64,000 nt of DNA, taken from NCBI RefSeq assembly GCF_030028105.1, contig NC_092374.1:176724057-176788056 (forward strand). Direction: 5' to 3'. Every line of letters starts with the position of its first letter. Positions within the stretch are counted from its first letter, which is position 1. The stretch is from Mobula birostris (lineage: Eukaryota). This document shows positions 27,111 through 38,757 of this stretch, in pieces. A program made the translations under genes and the position numbers. The notes below the pieces were generated by a model. It saw only the letters and a list, made by a program, of their open reading frames with translations, was not told the DNA's origin and ran no database searches.

Positions 27111-28439
27111 AGAAAAAAGATGATGTTTCAGCCAGAAAGCCTTCAGCAGGACTGGAGAGAAAAAGGTTTAAAAAGTGGGGGAGAGGAGACAGAAACACAT
27201 GGTGATAGATAACACCTGAAGGGGGAGGGATGAAGTAAAGAGCTGGGAAGTAGATTAGTGAAAAAACAGAAGCTTTTCCAACATCTGCAGATTTTCTCTT
27301 GTTTTTACTATAGGAAGGTAGTGGAACAGACAGAAACTCTCAAGGGAGGATACTTTTGACAATTTCAAAGAATCAAAGTATATTTATTATCTAAGTATGT
27401 ATACAGAATACAGCTCTGAGATTCATCCTCCCACAGCAGCCACAAAACAAAGAAACACCATGGAATTTGTTCAAAGAAAACATGATACATCCAATGAACG
27501 AATAAAAGAACTGTTTATTCAAATTGCAAAAAGTGATCGAGCAACACCTGGAATTCTCAACATCAAACTAGGAGTATTCAACTTATTAGGATAAGTCCAG
27601 TTCTGTGTTGCCAGCTGACTGCAGGGCACAGAGCCCGTCTTCACTGAGGTGCCCCCATCTGCTCTGAATGCCATGATCAAACTACCCAAAAACAGCAAAA
27701 GAGTGTAACCAGGATCCAGAAATACATGCAACATGAACCTCAAAGTCCCCCAAGATGATTCCACGAGCCTTGCTGACCAATCCTTGCATCGTGGATCCCA
27801 AGGTTCCTGTGCTTTCCTCTGACAGCAGCTAGCCAAAGGGAGGGGAAGACTGCTCAAATACAGGCAGGCAGTGTCAGACACCAACGTGCACTCTGTGCTT
27901 GTCTTTGTCAACTCCAACTTTAAGATCTGTACTTTACAGTGGTTCTGAGGGTTTTGAGGAGAAACGGCCATTATGAAGAAGAAAGGGGAGGGTGAAACAA
28001 GATCTGGAAAGAGTTAGGTGGATCTGGGTGATGGGCAGGTAGAGGTAGGTGGGGTAGGAAAGTATGAGGTAGTGACAGGCTGGAAAGTGATGTGCAAACA
28101 ACAGCAAGCTGCAAATTATGAATTCTGATAAAGAAGTTGATCAGTGGCGCAAGATAAAGGAAAGATGTTAGATGGGAACAGGTTAGAAAGGAGAAAGGAT
28201 CTGGGTGACAGACAAGCAGTGAGGTAATTTGGAAGGAATAGTGTTGAGAAGACCTAGGTCAAGTAGAACGGGAGAGAATAGATCACAGGATAAAGTTTGC
28301 TGGGATCTGGAAAATTCCCTGTTTCGTAACTACATAGGATTGAGTAGGACTACACCCAATCGGTGAAGTAGATTAATTAGAAAGGATGAATAAAAATAAG
28401 ACAGGCGCATACGAAGTACTGTGTGAGTGAGCCAGCGTT

Positions 28440-29230
28440 GGAGTGGATTTGACTTAGCAAGCTTAGGCGAGGTCAGTCTTAGGCCTCTATTTTTTCATTC
28501 CATCACTGCTAGGGCACAGCTAGTGCAATGAGAATGACTCGAGGGAAGTGTTTTGTTCTGTGGATGAGATGTGCGAATTCTGGAAAACCTCCAGCCTGCC
28601 AGATAAACACATGTGCACCAGGCGCACCAAGCCACAACTCCTCACAGAAAGTGTTAAGGAACCAGAGGTGCAGCTTGGTGAACTTTGGCTCATACGGGAG
28701 ACTGATGAAGTGATAAATGGGACCTAATGAGAGGTAGTCACCTCTAGCTTGAAGGAGGCACGTAATTGCGTGACTATCAGGAGGAGGAAGGGGAATGGGC
28801 AGCCAGTGTGGAGTACCTCTGTGCTGTTTCCCTCAATATTAAGTATATCACTTTGGATAAATTTCAGAAGGATGACCTACAAGGGGGAAAGTGCAGTAAT
28901 TGCATCTGTAGCATTTACCATGGGCACTGGTAAAGAGTGAAGAGTGGTGATAGGAGATTCCATAGTCAGAGGAACAGAGATGAGATTCTGTGGGAGCGAC
29001 AGAGACACCTAGATGGCATATTGCCTCCAAACTGTCAGGGACAGGGATGTCTCAGCTCGGGTCCTGGCATTCTGAAAGAATTGGGTGGGGGTGGGGGGGA
29101 GCAGCCAGAGGTCTTAGTACATATTCGCACTAATTGCATGGGTAGGAAAGGTGAGGAGGTCCTAAAGAGAGACTTTATTTTAGGTAAATTATTGAAAAAC
29201 AGGACCTCCAAGATAGTAATCTCTGAACTG
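28440..29230 (+). mobile_element. CR1 LINE 5' part / ORF1 (zinc-finger and SGNH esterase) fragment
   Basis: GTGGTGATAGGAGATTCCATAGTCAGAGG (VVIGDSIVRG) and VLVHIRTN (VHIGTND-like). Ends abruptly at retroviral gag sequence. Confidence 0.75.
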
Positions 29231-32200
29231 CTGAACACATACTCTGCGGTTTGAAGTATGTGTTGTTTAACTGGTACCCGTCTTTTGAGAACCCCGATGA
29301 TCTGAGCCAGCCCTTGACCTTGATTACGACCATTCATAAGCCCTTCACCCCTGGGGAGAAACAGAGCATTTTGTCTAATTTGCCCTCACGTAAAGTCACA
29401 TGTGGGAATTCAGAATTCTGGCGTAAGCTTGAGGAAATGGTTGAAATTCACCAGATGCACCCTAAAGATGTACACGTGTTGTTAAAAGAGAAGTGCCCAA
29501 GGAATATGTGGGACAGGATGGCCCAAGGGGTGTGGGATGGTACCAGGACAACTATGGGAATGCTAACAATAAAGAAAAATAATGCTTTTCTTAAATATGG
29601 AAGTGAGGCAGTGACTGGGGGGAGGTGAGAGTAACTGGTGAATGATAACGGCAGTGATTCAAAACGCTGATGAGGCGGCTATGGATCATGCAGAACATAA
29701 GTATTGAGCATATGAGGAGTATTCAGAGTTGGATAATCCAAGGAGGGACGACCCAGTCTTCCTGAAAATGCTGAAGGAAGGCCTGAGTTCAGCCCATCAG
29801 GAAGTTTTAGATTTAGTCATAATGGTGGGGTCGACCTACTCTGCAATAGTTTTCTGGGCCAGTGAGATAAACCGAAGAAAGTGCAAGAGAGATCGTAAAG
29901 TGGCTATAGTGGATGCAGCTGCTGTGATGTCCCAGTGGGTTTGTTTTGCTTACCGACAGCCAAGGCACGAAGCAAGAAATTGCTGGAATAGACGTGGGAG
30001 GGTAAAGAAGTTGATATGCTACAGGTGCGGCCTATTGGGACCTGGTTGGAGGCAGTGCACAAAACAGAGGAAAGAAAAACAGGTGAACTTCACAGCAGAC
30101 ACACAATCTCTCACCCCACTCTGACTATCAATCAGATCATAGAGCAAGTAAAGACAACTCCTAGGTCAGAAAAAGATGAGGCGGCGGGCCCCACTACCAG
30201 CGCTGGTGACCCAGGGATATACACAACAGCAACGTTAGGGGGACAGCAATGCAATATTTTAGTGGACACAGGGGCATCGGTATCAATAACAGACTTACCC
30301 TTGCCAACAACCGGACAGGCCATTTATACTAGGGAAGTAAGATGGAAAACAGAGAAGCGAGTCACAAATACTAGAAATCGGGGCAGTGCAGTTTCCAGTG
30401 TATTTCTGAGTATGCCCAAATATCCAGAGCACTATCCTTGGACTAGACATCCTAAGGGAAGCAGGAGCTGTTATAGATTCGGGAAAACGAGAAATAATAT
30501 GGACAGTTCAGAGGCAGCAAACGCATACAACCAACAGAATACACAACCTGGCTAGTGTAGTCGCAGCTGCCCCAATCACCAGAGACTGGAGCCAGGATGG
30601 TGTCTATGGGTTACTTTGTCAGCAGTTCCCAGCAATGTGGGCTAGACTCAAGCAAGATTGTGGTCGAGTAAAGATAAACCCAGTTAAAATAGAGGAGGGT
30701 CTGTATATACCCCAGAAGCGGTGCCCTATAAACACTGATGCACTGACCGCTGTTCAGGGTACAGCAAAGGAACAAAAACACCAGAAAGGTGAGAGCATGA
30801 AACAGAAGGGAAATGAGTGGGCAGATGTTGTTGCGAAGAAGGCAGCAGAGGAACAAGAGGCAATTGAAATTGGAAGCGTGCAGGAAGGAACGAGAGAAGC
30901 CAATTTAGTAAAATTATATGAAGAGCTGGAAGCAGAAGAGAAGGAAAAATGGAGGAGAAAACGGGCAAAGGAGGGACCAGACGAGTGCGGGACACACGGA
31001 GAGGAAGGAGTCGCGGTGGCCCCACTATGTATTAGGCAGATACTATTGAAATTATACCATGGGACGATGCATCAGGGAAGGCAGAGCATGATCACAACCC
31101 TCCAGCAGGACTGGGGGTGGCCAGGGATGGGTGGGGATGTTGAGAAATTCTGCCGCCGTTGTATCATTTGTGCCCAGCATAACCCTGGTAAGGGCAGAAA
31201 GCTACAGCTGGCAAACCAGCCTCGGCTGCGGGGACACTGGGAAAACATCCAGATAGACTTCACAGGGTCTCTGCCAAAGAGCAGGGGGAAAAGCTACTGT
31301 CTTGTAATAATGGATCACTTCAGCTGGTGGATAAAGGCTTTCCCAACAAAGGACTGCTGCATGGATCCTAGCTCAGGAAATCCTCCCAAGGTGAGGAACC
31401 CCAGTCCAGGTGGATTCAGATCAGAGACCACATTTCACGGGGAAAGTCATGAAGGAAATGTGCTGACTGCTAGGGATTTGACAACGGTTCCATGTACCCT
31501 ACCACCCCCAAGAGTTCAGGAATGGTAGAAAGGATGAACCGAACAATCAAGAATGTGTTAGTCAAAGCTATAACTAAGACAGGAAAGACATGGGTTGATG
31601 TATTACTAGGAATCCTGATGCGTGCAACCCCGAACCGCACATTGGGTCTCAGCTCCTACGAATTATTGATGGGGCGAGCAATGCAACTCCCCTATGGGGT
31701 AATTGTGGGTTGCGGGGAGCCTGGGGCTTACAGGGATAGAATGACACAATATGTGAAAGACCTTTGTAACCAACTTAAAAATGTTGAAGGACTGAGTGAA
31801 ACAATAGCAGCGAATCGCTGATCAGGGAGCCAGAGGGAAAGGAGACAGTCCTTCCACAGCCCAGCGACCAAGTCAATGTGAAGGTGCTGCCAGAAAGGCC
31901 GGGGTTTTCCCCCAGGTGGATAGGACCACAGACAGTACACTTAACCAATGATACGTGTGCCTGTGTGCAGACTCGGTGAGGCAGCCAGTGGAAACACTGG
32001 ACTCAGGTTAAAGCATACGACTCACCCTCCTGTTGCTCCTACAGACAGAGCGGGGGATCAAGTGTACCCAATAAACATGTAATTGCAGAAAGCCTAAGAG
32101 AGGAACACCAGCCGGCTATGCCAGACCTGACCACAGCTGAAGAAAACATACCCGGAGGAAACACAAAGGCAGAAAACGCCAAGAGCATGATGGAAAACCA

Positions 32201-32838
32201 TGAATAGCCTGCTAAAGTGTGATGATGGTGGCATTCTGTAAAGAAGGCTAGTTACTGAAAGTAGATGATTAGTTTAATGGCATAGAATAGAAAAATATTA
32301 GAAAATAGATGGGGAGGGATATTTAAGTTAAAGCAGAGGCAGAAAGTTCCACAACTTTGGTGGCATATGGCACATGGCATCCGAAAGCAGTCACCCCCAG
32401 TCTGAGGAGCTGGGCCCTTTCAGCAGTTGGGCCAGTGATCAACTGGACAGTTCAGAAGGGGGTGCCACCGGGCACAGATCCTTGCAAACACTTACATAGA
32501 GGCCACCCCAACCCCTTCCCATGCATTGATGAGAGGGCCTGTGGGTGCTCCTGGAAGGAGAGTTTCAGTGACCAGAGAATGAAGGTGTGAAGACAAAGGA
32601 ATGTGATTAAGCTGGAATCAGCCTGCAGGGAAAGTGCCGACAAATTTCTGGAACAGCCTCTCTGCTTAACATTTTGTAGGTAACGATTAGGGAATGCTAG
32701 AGTAGATATTGAGGCACACCAAAACATTGGGGGAATTTTCAAGGCAGAGCATTTTTTCTGCCCTATTTGAGTAGATCCTCCTAGGCTGGCCTTTCCTGGT
32801 ACAAATTTATTTTTGTCCAGGAGGGTCAAGAGGAAACA
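29230..32838 (+). mobile_element. Endogenous retrovirus-like LTR element: gag, PR, deleted RT/RH, IN; no env; probable 3' LTR; defective
   Basis: Two degenerate CCHC knuckles (CFAYRQPRHEARNC, CYRCGLLGPGWRQC). Protease LVDTGAS. RH tail GNEWADVVAK. IN HHCC (H..H..C..C), QIDF / DSDQ / GMVERMN, then a GPY/F-like WIGP...WKHWTQVK tail. Purine run GATGGGGAGGGA near 32308 and terminal ...GGAAACA near 32838. Confidence 0.85.
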
Positions 32839-33385
32839 TAGAAAATAGGTTCAGGAGTAGGCCATTTGGCCCTTCGAGCCTGCACCGCCATTCAGTATGA
32901 TCATGGCTGATCATCCAACTCAGAACCCTGTACCTGCATTCTCTCCATAACCCCTGATCCCTTTAGCCACAAGGGTCATATCTAACTCCATCTTAAATAT
33001 AGCTAATGAACTGGCCTCAACTGTTTCTTGTGGCAGAGAATTCCACAGATTCACCACTCTCTGTGTGCAGAAGTTTTTCCTCATCTCAGTCTAAAAGGCT
33101 TCCCCTTTATCCTTAAACTGTGACTCCTCGTTCTGGACTTCCCCAACATCAGGAACAATCTTCCCACATCTAGCCTGTCCAATCCCTTTAGAATTTTATA
33201 CGTTTCAATAAGATCCCCCCTCAATCTTCTAAATTCCAGCAAGTATAAGCCTAGTCGATCCAATCTTTCTTCATATGAAAGTCCTGACATCCCAGGAATC
33301 AATCTGGTGAACCTTCTTTGTACTCCCTCTATGGCAAGAATGTCTTTCCTCAGATTAGGGGAACAAAACTGCACACAATACTGAA
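32835..33385 (-). mobile_element. CR1 LINE 3' fragment, young
   Basis: QYCVQFCSPNLRKDILAIEGVQRRFTRLIPG (ORF 33081-33455). Confidence 0.88.
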
Positions 33386-33493
33386 GATAAAGAATCAAAA
33401 GCAACATTTTGCTTTTGGTTTTCTGCAGTTCAATGATATTGCAGAGAAATTGCAATTCAATAGCTCAGCGTTGTCCTTGGGTCAGTTTCTTAC

Positions 33494-33540
33494 CTGATCC
33501 ACTAAAGCAACAGGTGCATCAATAAAATCAATTGCTGCAT
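33494..33540 (-). pseudogene. Leader-exon-like sequence with a 1-nt frameshift (possible vestigial MHC exon 1)
   Basis: ATGCAGCAATTGATTTTATTGATGCACCTGTTGCTTTAGTGGATCAG|GTAAGA. This is 47 nt with an in-frame TAG at codon 13. Removing one T gives a 46-nt, phase-1 hydrophobic leader (MQQLILLMHLLLSGS or MQQLILLMHLCFSGS). Confidence 0.4.
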
Positions 33541-35889
33541 CGCTGTAGAAGCTCTGGCCATTGGACAGAGACTGAGACACGTGCACGTGGCCATCAATAC
33601 AGCACTCGATAAACTACATGCAATTCTCCGTCAAGGTTCCAGTTTTATCTGTGAAAATATGTTCAACCTGCCCTAATTCTTCAGGAGGACTGTTAAAGTA
33701 ATTTTTGTGTTTAGGTCATTAACACTTAGTAAATGGCTTCAGCCACCAGTCTTCTGTTCCTTGACAATGCATTTCCTAAAAGCTGTGAATATCAGAATCC
33801 CAATCCATTTGTTACAATGCATTTTCTAAAAACTGTGAATACCAGAATACCAGTCCAGATGCTGCTGGTGAGAAGGTGTGAGGTTTGCATGCAGTTTCAA
33901 AGACAGCATATTCTATATATTGTAAATATGGATTGTCCTTCATTTTACGCACATAAAATACCAAATAAATGTATTGTGGATTCAGTTTGGAACAATGCAT
34001 TCCTGAATAACAGTCCTGATGCTGCTGGCTGTGGTGGGATGGATGTAATCGAGAGGTGTGAAGTTTGTATGTAGCTTCAAAAGAAAGCATTGTCTATACT
34101 TTGTAAATATATTGTCCTTTGTGTGTGCAGCAAATAAATAACCGAGCCCCACGTTGGCAGCAGACCTTTCAACCAAACGTGTCTCCACCCGTTTGATGCC
34201 TGCTGAACCTTATTTTGTTGAATACATAATCTGCTTTGTATCTACCAGTAACTCTCTCTCCAGTGATTTCATTCACGCAATAACAGTTCAAATTGAATGT
34301 TGAACCTCCTTACCTCAGAGCTCTGGAGGGAAGTCATTAAATAGATAATATATATGGTTATGTGGAAGCTGCAGTAAGGCAAGGACATCATGAGGAAGTC
34401 GTAATCAAGCAAGCTCATTGAAGTGGGATTGCTGGAATCACATCTGCTTGCTATAAGATGAGATAGGCTTGGGTAACTGTGGCAATGTGTACTCAAGACA
34501 AATGAATGAGGCCTCTGTAGTGAGACTTCCAGAAACGTCAACCTAAAAAAGTGTCCCTTTACTCAATAGTGAGTGCCAAAGTCCAATGAGATAACAAAAG
34601 ATTGTGAAATATACTCAACAAAGGCTCTATTGTCCTTACTAAACTTTAAATAACATTGCTGTTTGCCTGAAGTTTCAATTGAATCCAACATCTCTACTGT
34701 GAATAGCGTTTTATCTTGGGAGTAAGGAATTCAAACATGTATGGTTATTAATCAATATTCATAACTGATATGCCAATTCGTTACTGAAATAGCAGTTTTC
34801 GATTCATACTTCATAACAAGTGGGTGACAGCGGCCCATGCTGTTTTCCTTGGGCGCATGCAAAATAAATGGACTGCTTGAGTCCTGAGAGTATGTGTGGT
34901 CTGGACCCAGTTATTTTATTATCAGTGACTACAGTTACTTTGACAATGATGACAGAGCTTAAAGAATGTTGGTGTCAAGAGATATAGGAGGACTGTTGGA
35001 AAGTTACTTTGAATTCATAATTCTGTCAGAGATTTTCTTTCATTACAGTAGTCTACCAGAGATTCAGCTCTGACAATTCCTGCTTCTAGGTTTCCCCCGC
35101 TGTTTCCCAATGTCAAGTCAAATTCAAGTTTATTATCATCTACTATTTAAACAGTATCTGCATTTGCAGTTTGTTTACAGTTACTGTTTTATAGATTTGC
35201 TAAGTATGCCCACAAAAATGGAATGTCAGGGTTGTATGTGGTAACATGCATGTACTCTAATAATAAATTTAACTTTGAATGTGCATAAGTACATGTAAGG
35301 AGGTGCTATAAAAAACTTGCAGCGTCATAAACATAGCATTGAATATGCAGCATTTACAAGAAAAAGTTCAAAATTAACTACACATTATTTTTACAAGAAT
35401 ACACAATTAAAATAAAAAAAGGACTTAACAGTGCTATGTAGGTGGTGGTCTGTCTTGCCTCTCTAGTTGTCTGTCTGTCTCCTTCACATTTGCTAGCAGT
35501 ACCCTGTAGCCATTTCTCCATTTTTAAAGCGTACTTCCCTCTCTGTTTGCTCAAATGCTGAGGTCAGGTATTACATAAGCTAAATATAGTTACCCTAGCC
35601 ATCTGTTGTTCTCACTAATGAACTTCCGATGACCTCCTGACAGCTCACTGCATTGTCTTTAGTCAGGCAGTTCCTGTCTCATTTCTTTGAGAGGCCCCAG
35701 TTAACACAATTATTATTTGCACTGAGGTTTTGCAAGACAGATACTTCACCTATGTACTCTCACCAATAGTCCTTGAAAATACAGTACATAAGTATAAGTG
35801 TCACACAAAGGAATTGACTAACTTGGTTAGGAATAGGGATCCACTAGGAATAGGGTTCCCCTTGTCCTCACCTACCACCCCACCAGCCT

Positions 35890-36880
35890 CCAGGTCCAAC
35901 ATATTATTCTCCGTAACTTCCCCCACCTCCAACGGGATCCCACCACTAAGCACATCTTTCCCTCCCCCCCCCCTTCTCTCTGCTTTCTGCAGGGATCGCT
36001 CCCTACGCAACTCCCTTGTCCATTCGTCCCCCCCATCCCTCCCCACTGATCTCCCTCCTGGCACTTATCCTTGTAAGTGGAACAAGTGCTATACATGCCC
36101 TTACACTTCTTCCCTTACCACCATTCAGGGCCCCAGACAGTCCTTCCAGGTGAGGTGACACTTCACCTGTGAGTCCGCTGGGGTGATATACTGCGTCCAG
36201 TGCTCCCGATGTGGCCTTCTATATATTGGCGAGACCCAATGCAGACTGGGAGACCGCTTTGCTGAACACCCACGCTCTGTCCGCCAGAGAAAGCAGGATC
36301 TCCCAGTGGACACACATTTTAATTCCACATTCCATTCCCATTCTGACATGTCTATCCACGGCCTCCTCTACTGTAAAGATGAAGCCACACTCAGGTTGGA
36401 AGAACAACACCTTATATTCCATCTGGGTAGCCTCCAACCTGATGGCATGAACATTGAATTCTCTAACTTCCACTAATGCCCCACCTCCCCCTCGTACCAC
36501 TTCCGTTATTTATTTTTATACACACATTCTTTCTCTTACTCTCCTTTTTCTCACTCTCCTTTTTCTCCCTCTGTCCCTCTGACTATACCACCTTCCCATC
36601 CTCTGGTTTCCCCCCCCCACTTGCCTTTCTCCCCGGACCTCCTGTCCCATGATCCACTCATATTCCTTTTGCCAATCACCCGTCCAGCTCTTGGCTCCAT
36701 CCCTCCCCCTCCTGTCTTCTCCTATCATTTTGGATCTCCCCCTGTCCCTCCCACTTTCAAATCTCTTACTAACTTTTCCTTCAGTTAGTCCTGATGAAGG
36801 GTCTCGGCCTGAAACGTCGACTGTACCTCTTCCTAGAGATGCTGCCTGGCCTGCTGCGTTCACCAGTAATTTTGATGTGT
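35890..36880 (+). mobile_element. Penelope-like element 3' fragment (GIY-YIG + pLTR), young
   Basis: IYCVQCSRCGLLYIGETQCRLGDRFAEH (ORF 36183-36476). Confidence 0.9.
36787..36822 (+). ncRNA. Minimal type I hammerhead ribozyme motif
   Basis: AGTC-CTGATGA-AGGGTCTCGGCCT-GAAA-CGTC-GACT, with all core positions intact. Confidence 0.82.
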
Positions 36881-38757
36881 GACTAACTTGGTTGTTATCA
36901 AGCTTTCGGACAGGTGTAACTTTACATTGCCCATTAATCTGACACTTTCTCATAGTGCCTTGTAATTGTAGTGTCTACCTAACAGACAAGATGACAAGAT
37001 AAAAGATAGGAACAAATTTTTGCATTCTGGACCTTGGACTTCATTTTCGGCACTGTTCCATAAGGAGACTCTGTACATTCTCCTCGTGGAACACGTTGGT
37101 TTTCTCTGGGCCTTTGGGTTTCCTCCCATAGTTCAAAGATGGACTGGGTAGATTACTTGTTCATTGTAAATTGTCCTGAGATTAAGTTAGGGTTAATCAT
37201 AGTTATGGGGTGATTGGCTCAAAGTGCCGGAAGGGCCTACTCAACACAGTACTGCTCAATAAAATAAGCAGATTGTTTGAATGTTACAAGGATCACACAA
37301 CTTCCTTCTGTTTAGCAAGTACTTTTCCACAGTGTACTGTATGGTAACCAGTATCAGTGCTTCGAGTGAATATGAAATAATCAAGTGAAAACAACAGAAA
37401 CAATCTTAAGCAACACACACAGGACAAAGAGTCTCAGCCCAAAACGTCGACTGTACCTCTTCCTATAGATGCTGCCTGGCCTGCTGAGCTCCACAGCATT
37501 TTGTGTGTGTTGCTTGAATTTCCAGCATCTGCAGATTTCCTCGTTTGCATTTTTAGAAACAATCTTGAGATTCAGCTTCATATGAGACCGAAGTTGACCC
37601 CTTCAGCATAGCTTATCCATTCCAACTGCGATGCCATTTGCCCACATTGTATCCTATTTCCCTCTACACCTTTCCTATTTAATCCTAGCACAAATGACTT
37701 TAAAGTGTTGAATTGTATCTGCCTCTGCCACTTCATTTGGCAGCTCATTTGAGATAAAGACAACAGTCAGATCTGTTAACATTCAGATTTCTTTTTATAT
37801 TTCTCTTCACTGTCCTTGAGTCTCCGGTTCTCTTGCACTTGGAAAAAAATGTCCTAAAACACCTGAGCCCCTTGGCAGTTCATCACCTTTTATAACTTCA
37901 GCGTCCTATGTTCCATTGAGAATAGACAAAGTCTATGCAAGTTTTGCATACAGAATGGTACTACAGAAAGCAGCGTGCTGGATCTCTTATAAGAAAAATC
38001 TGCAGATGCTGGAAATCTGAGCAACACACTCAAAATGTTGGAGGAACTCAGCAGGCCAGGCAGCATCTATGGCAAAAAGGACAGTCAATATTTCAGGCCA
38101 AAACTCTTCGGTAGTCCCAAAATGTCAACTGTACATTTTTCCTCACAGATGCTGCCTGGCATGCTGAGTTCCTCCAGAATTTTGTGTGTGTTGATGTATC
38201 TCTTCTTCATTCTTTTTAATGCCAACACATCTTTCCTGCAGCATTACTCTATACAGTACAACTGTGTCCTTCCTTTCTTTTTCAATCTTTTAATGAGCTT
38301 CAAATTGATAAACATAACAATGATCATGATACAAAGAGATCAGGATTACATTAATAACAGCTAAATGTATACAGGCACAGACTCGGAGTAACATATTTAA
38401 TTTAAACCTCCCAATCTCTTACTAACTGAACATGAAAAAGAATGAAAAAAAGTTTACACCTTACACTAAAAAAACAAGACAAAACAAAACAAAGTCAGGA
38501 CTGCCATATTTCATCAGTTAAAATCATTATTTGTCATTAACTCCGCTCCTCTATATACAAACAAAAAGTTATTAAAAAGGATTCGGAAAGGGTCAACTTA
38601 CATCATATGAAAATGTTGAATAAATGGCCTCTAAGTTTCTTCAAATTTAGCCGAAGGATCAATAATACCACTCCCAATTTTTTCCAAATTTAAACATGTT
38701 ATAGTTTGGGAAAACCATTGAAATGTTGTAGTGGGATTGGAATCTTTCCATTTAAAT

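Noticed and set aside
34269-34546. Minus-strand open frame flanked by AG and GTAAGG, a possible MHC TM/cytoplasmic exon
   Set aside because: No recognisable domain or clean TM helix, and it lies upstream of alpha1.
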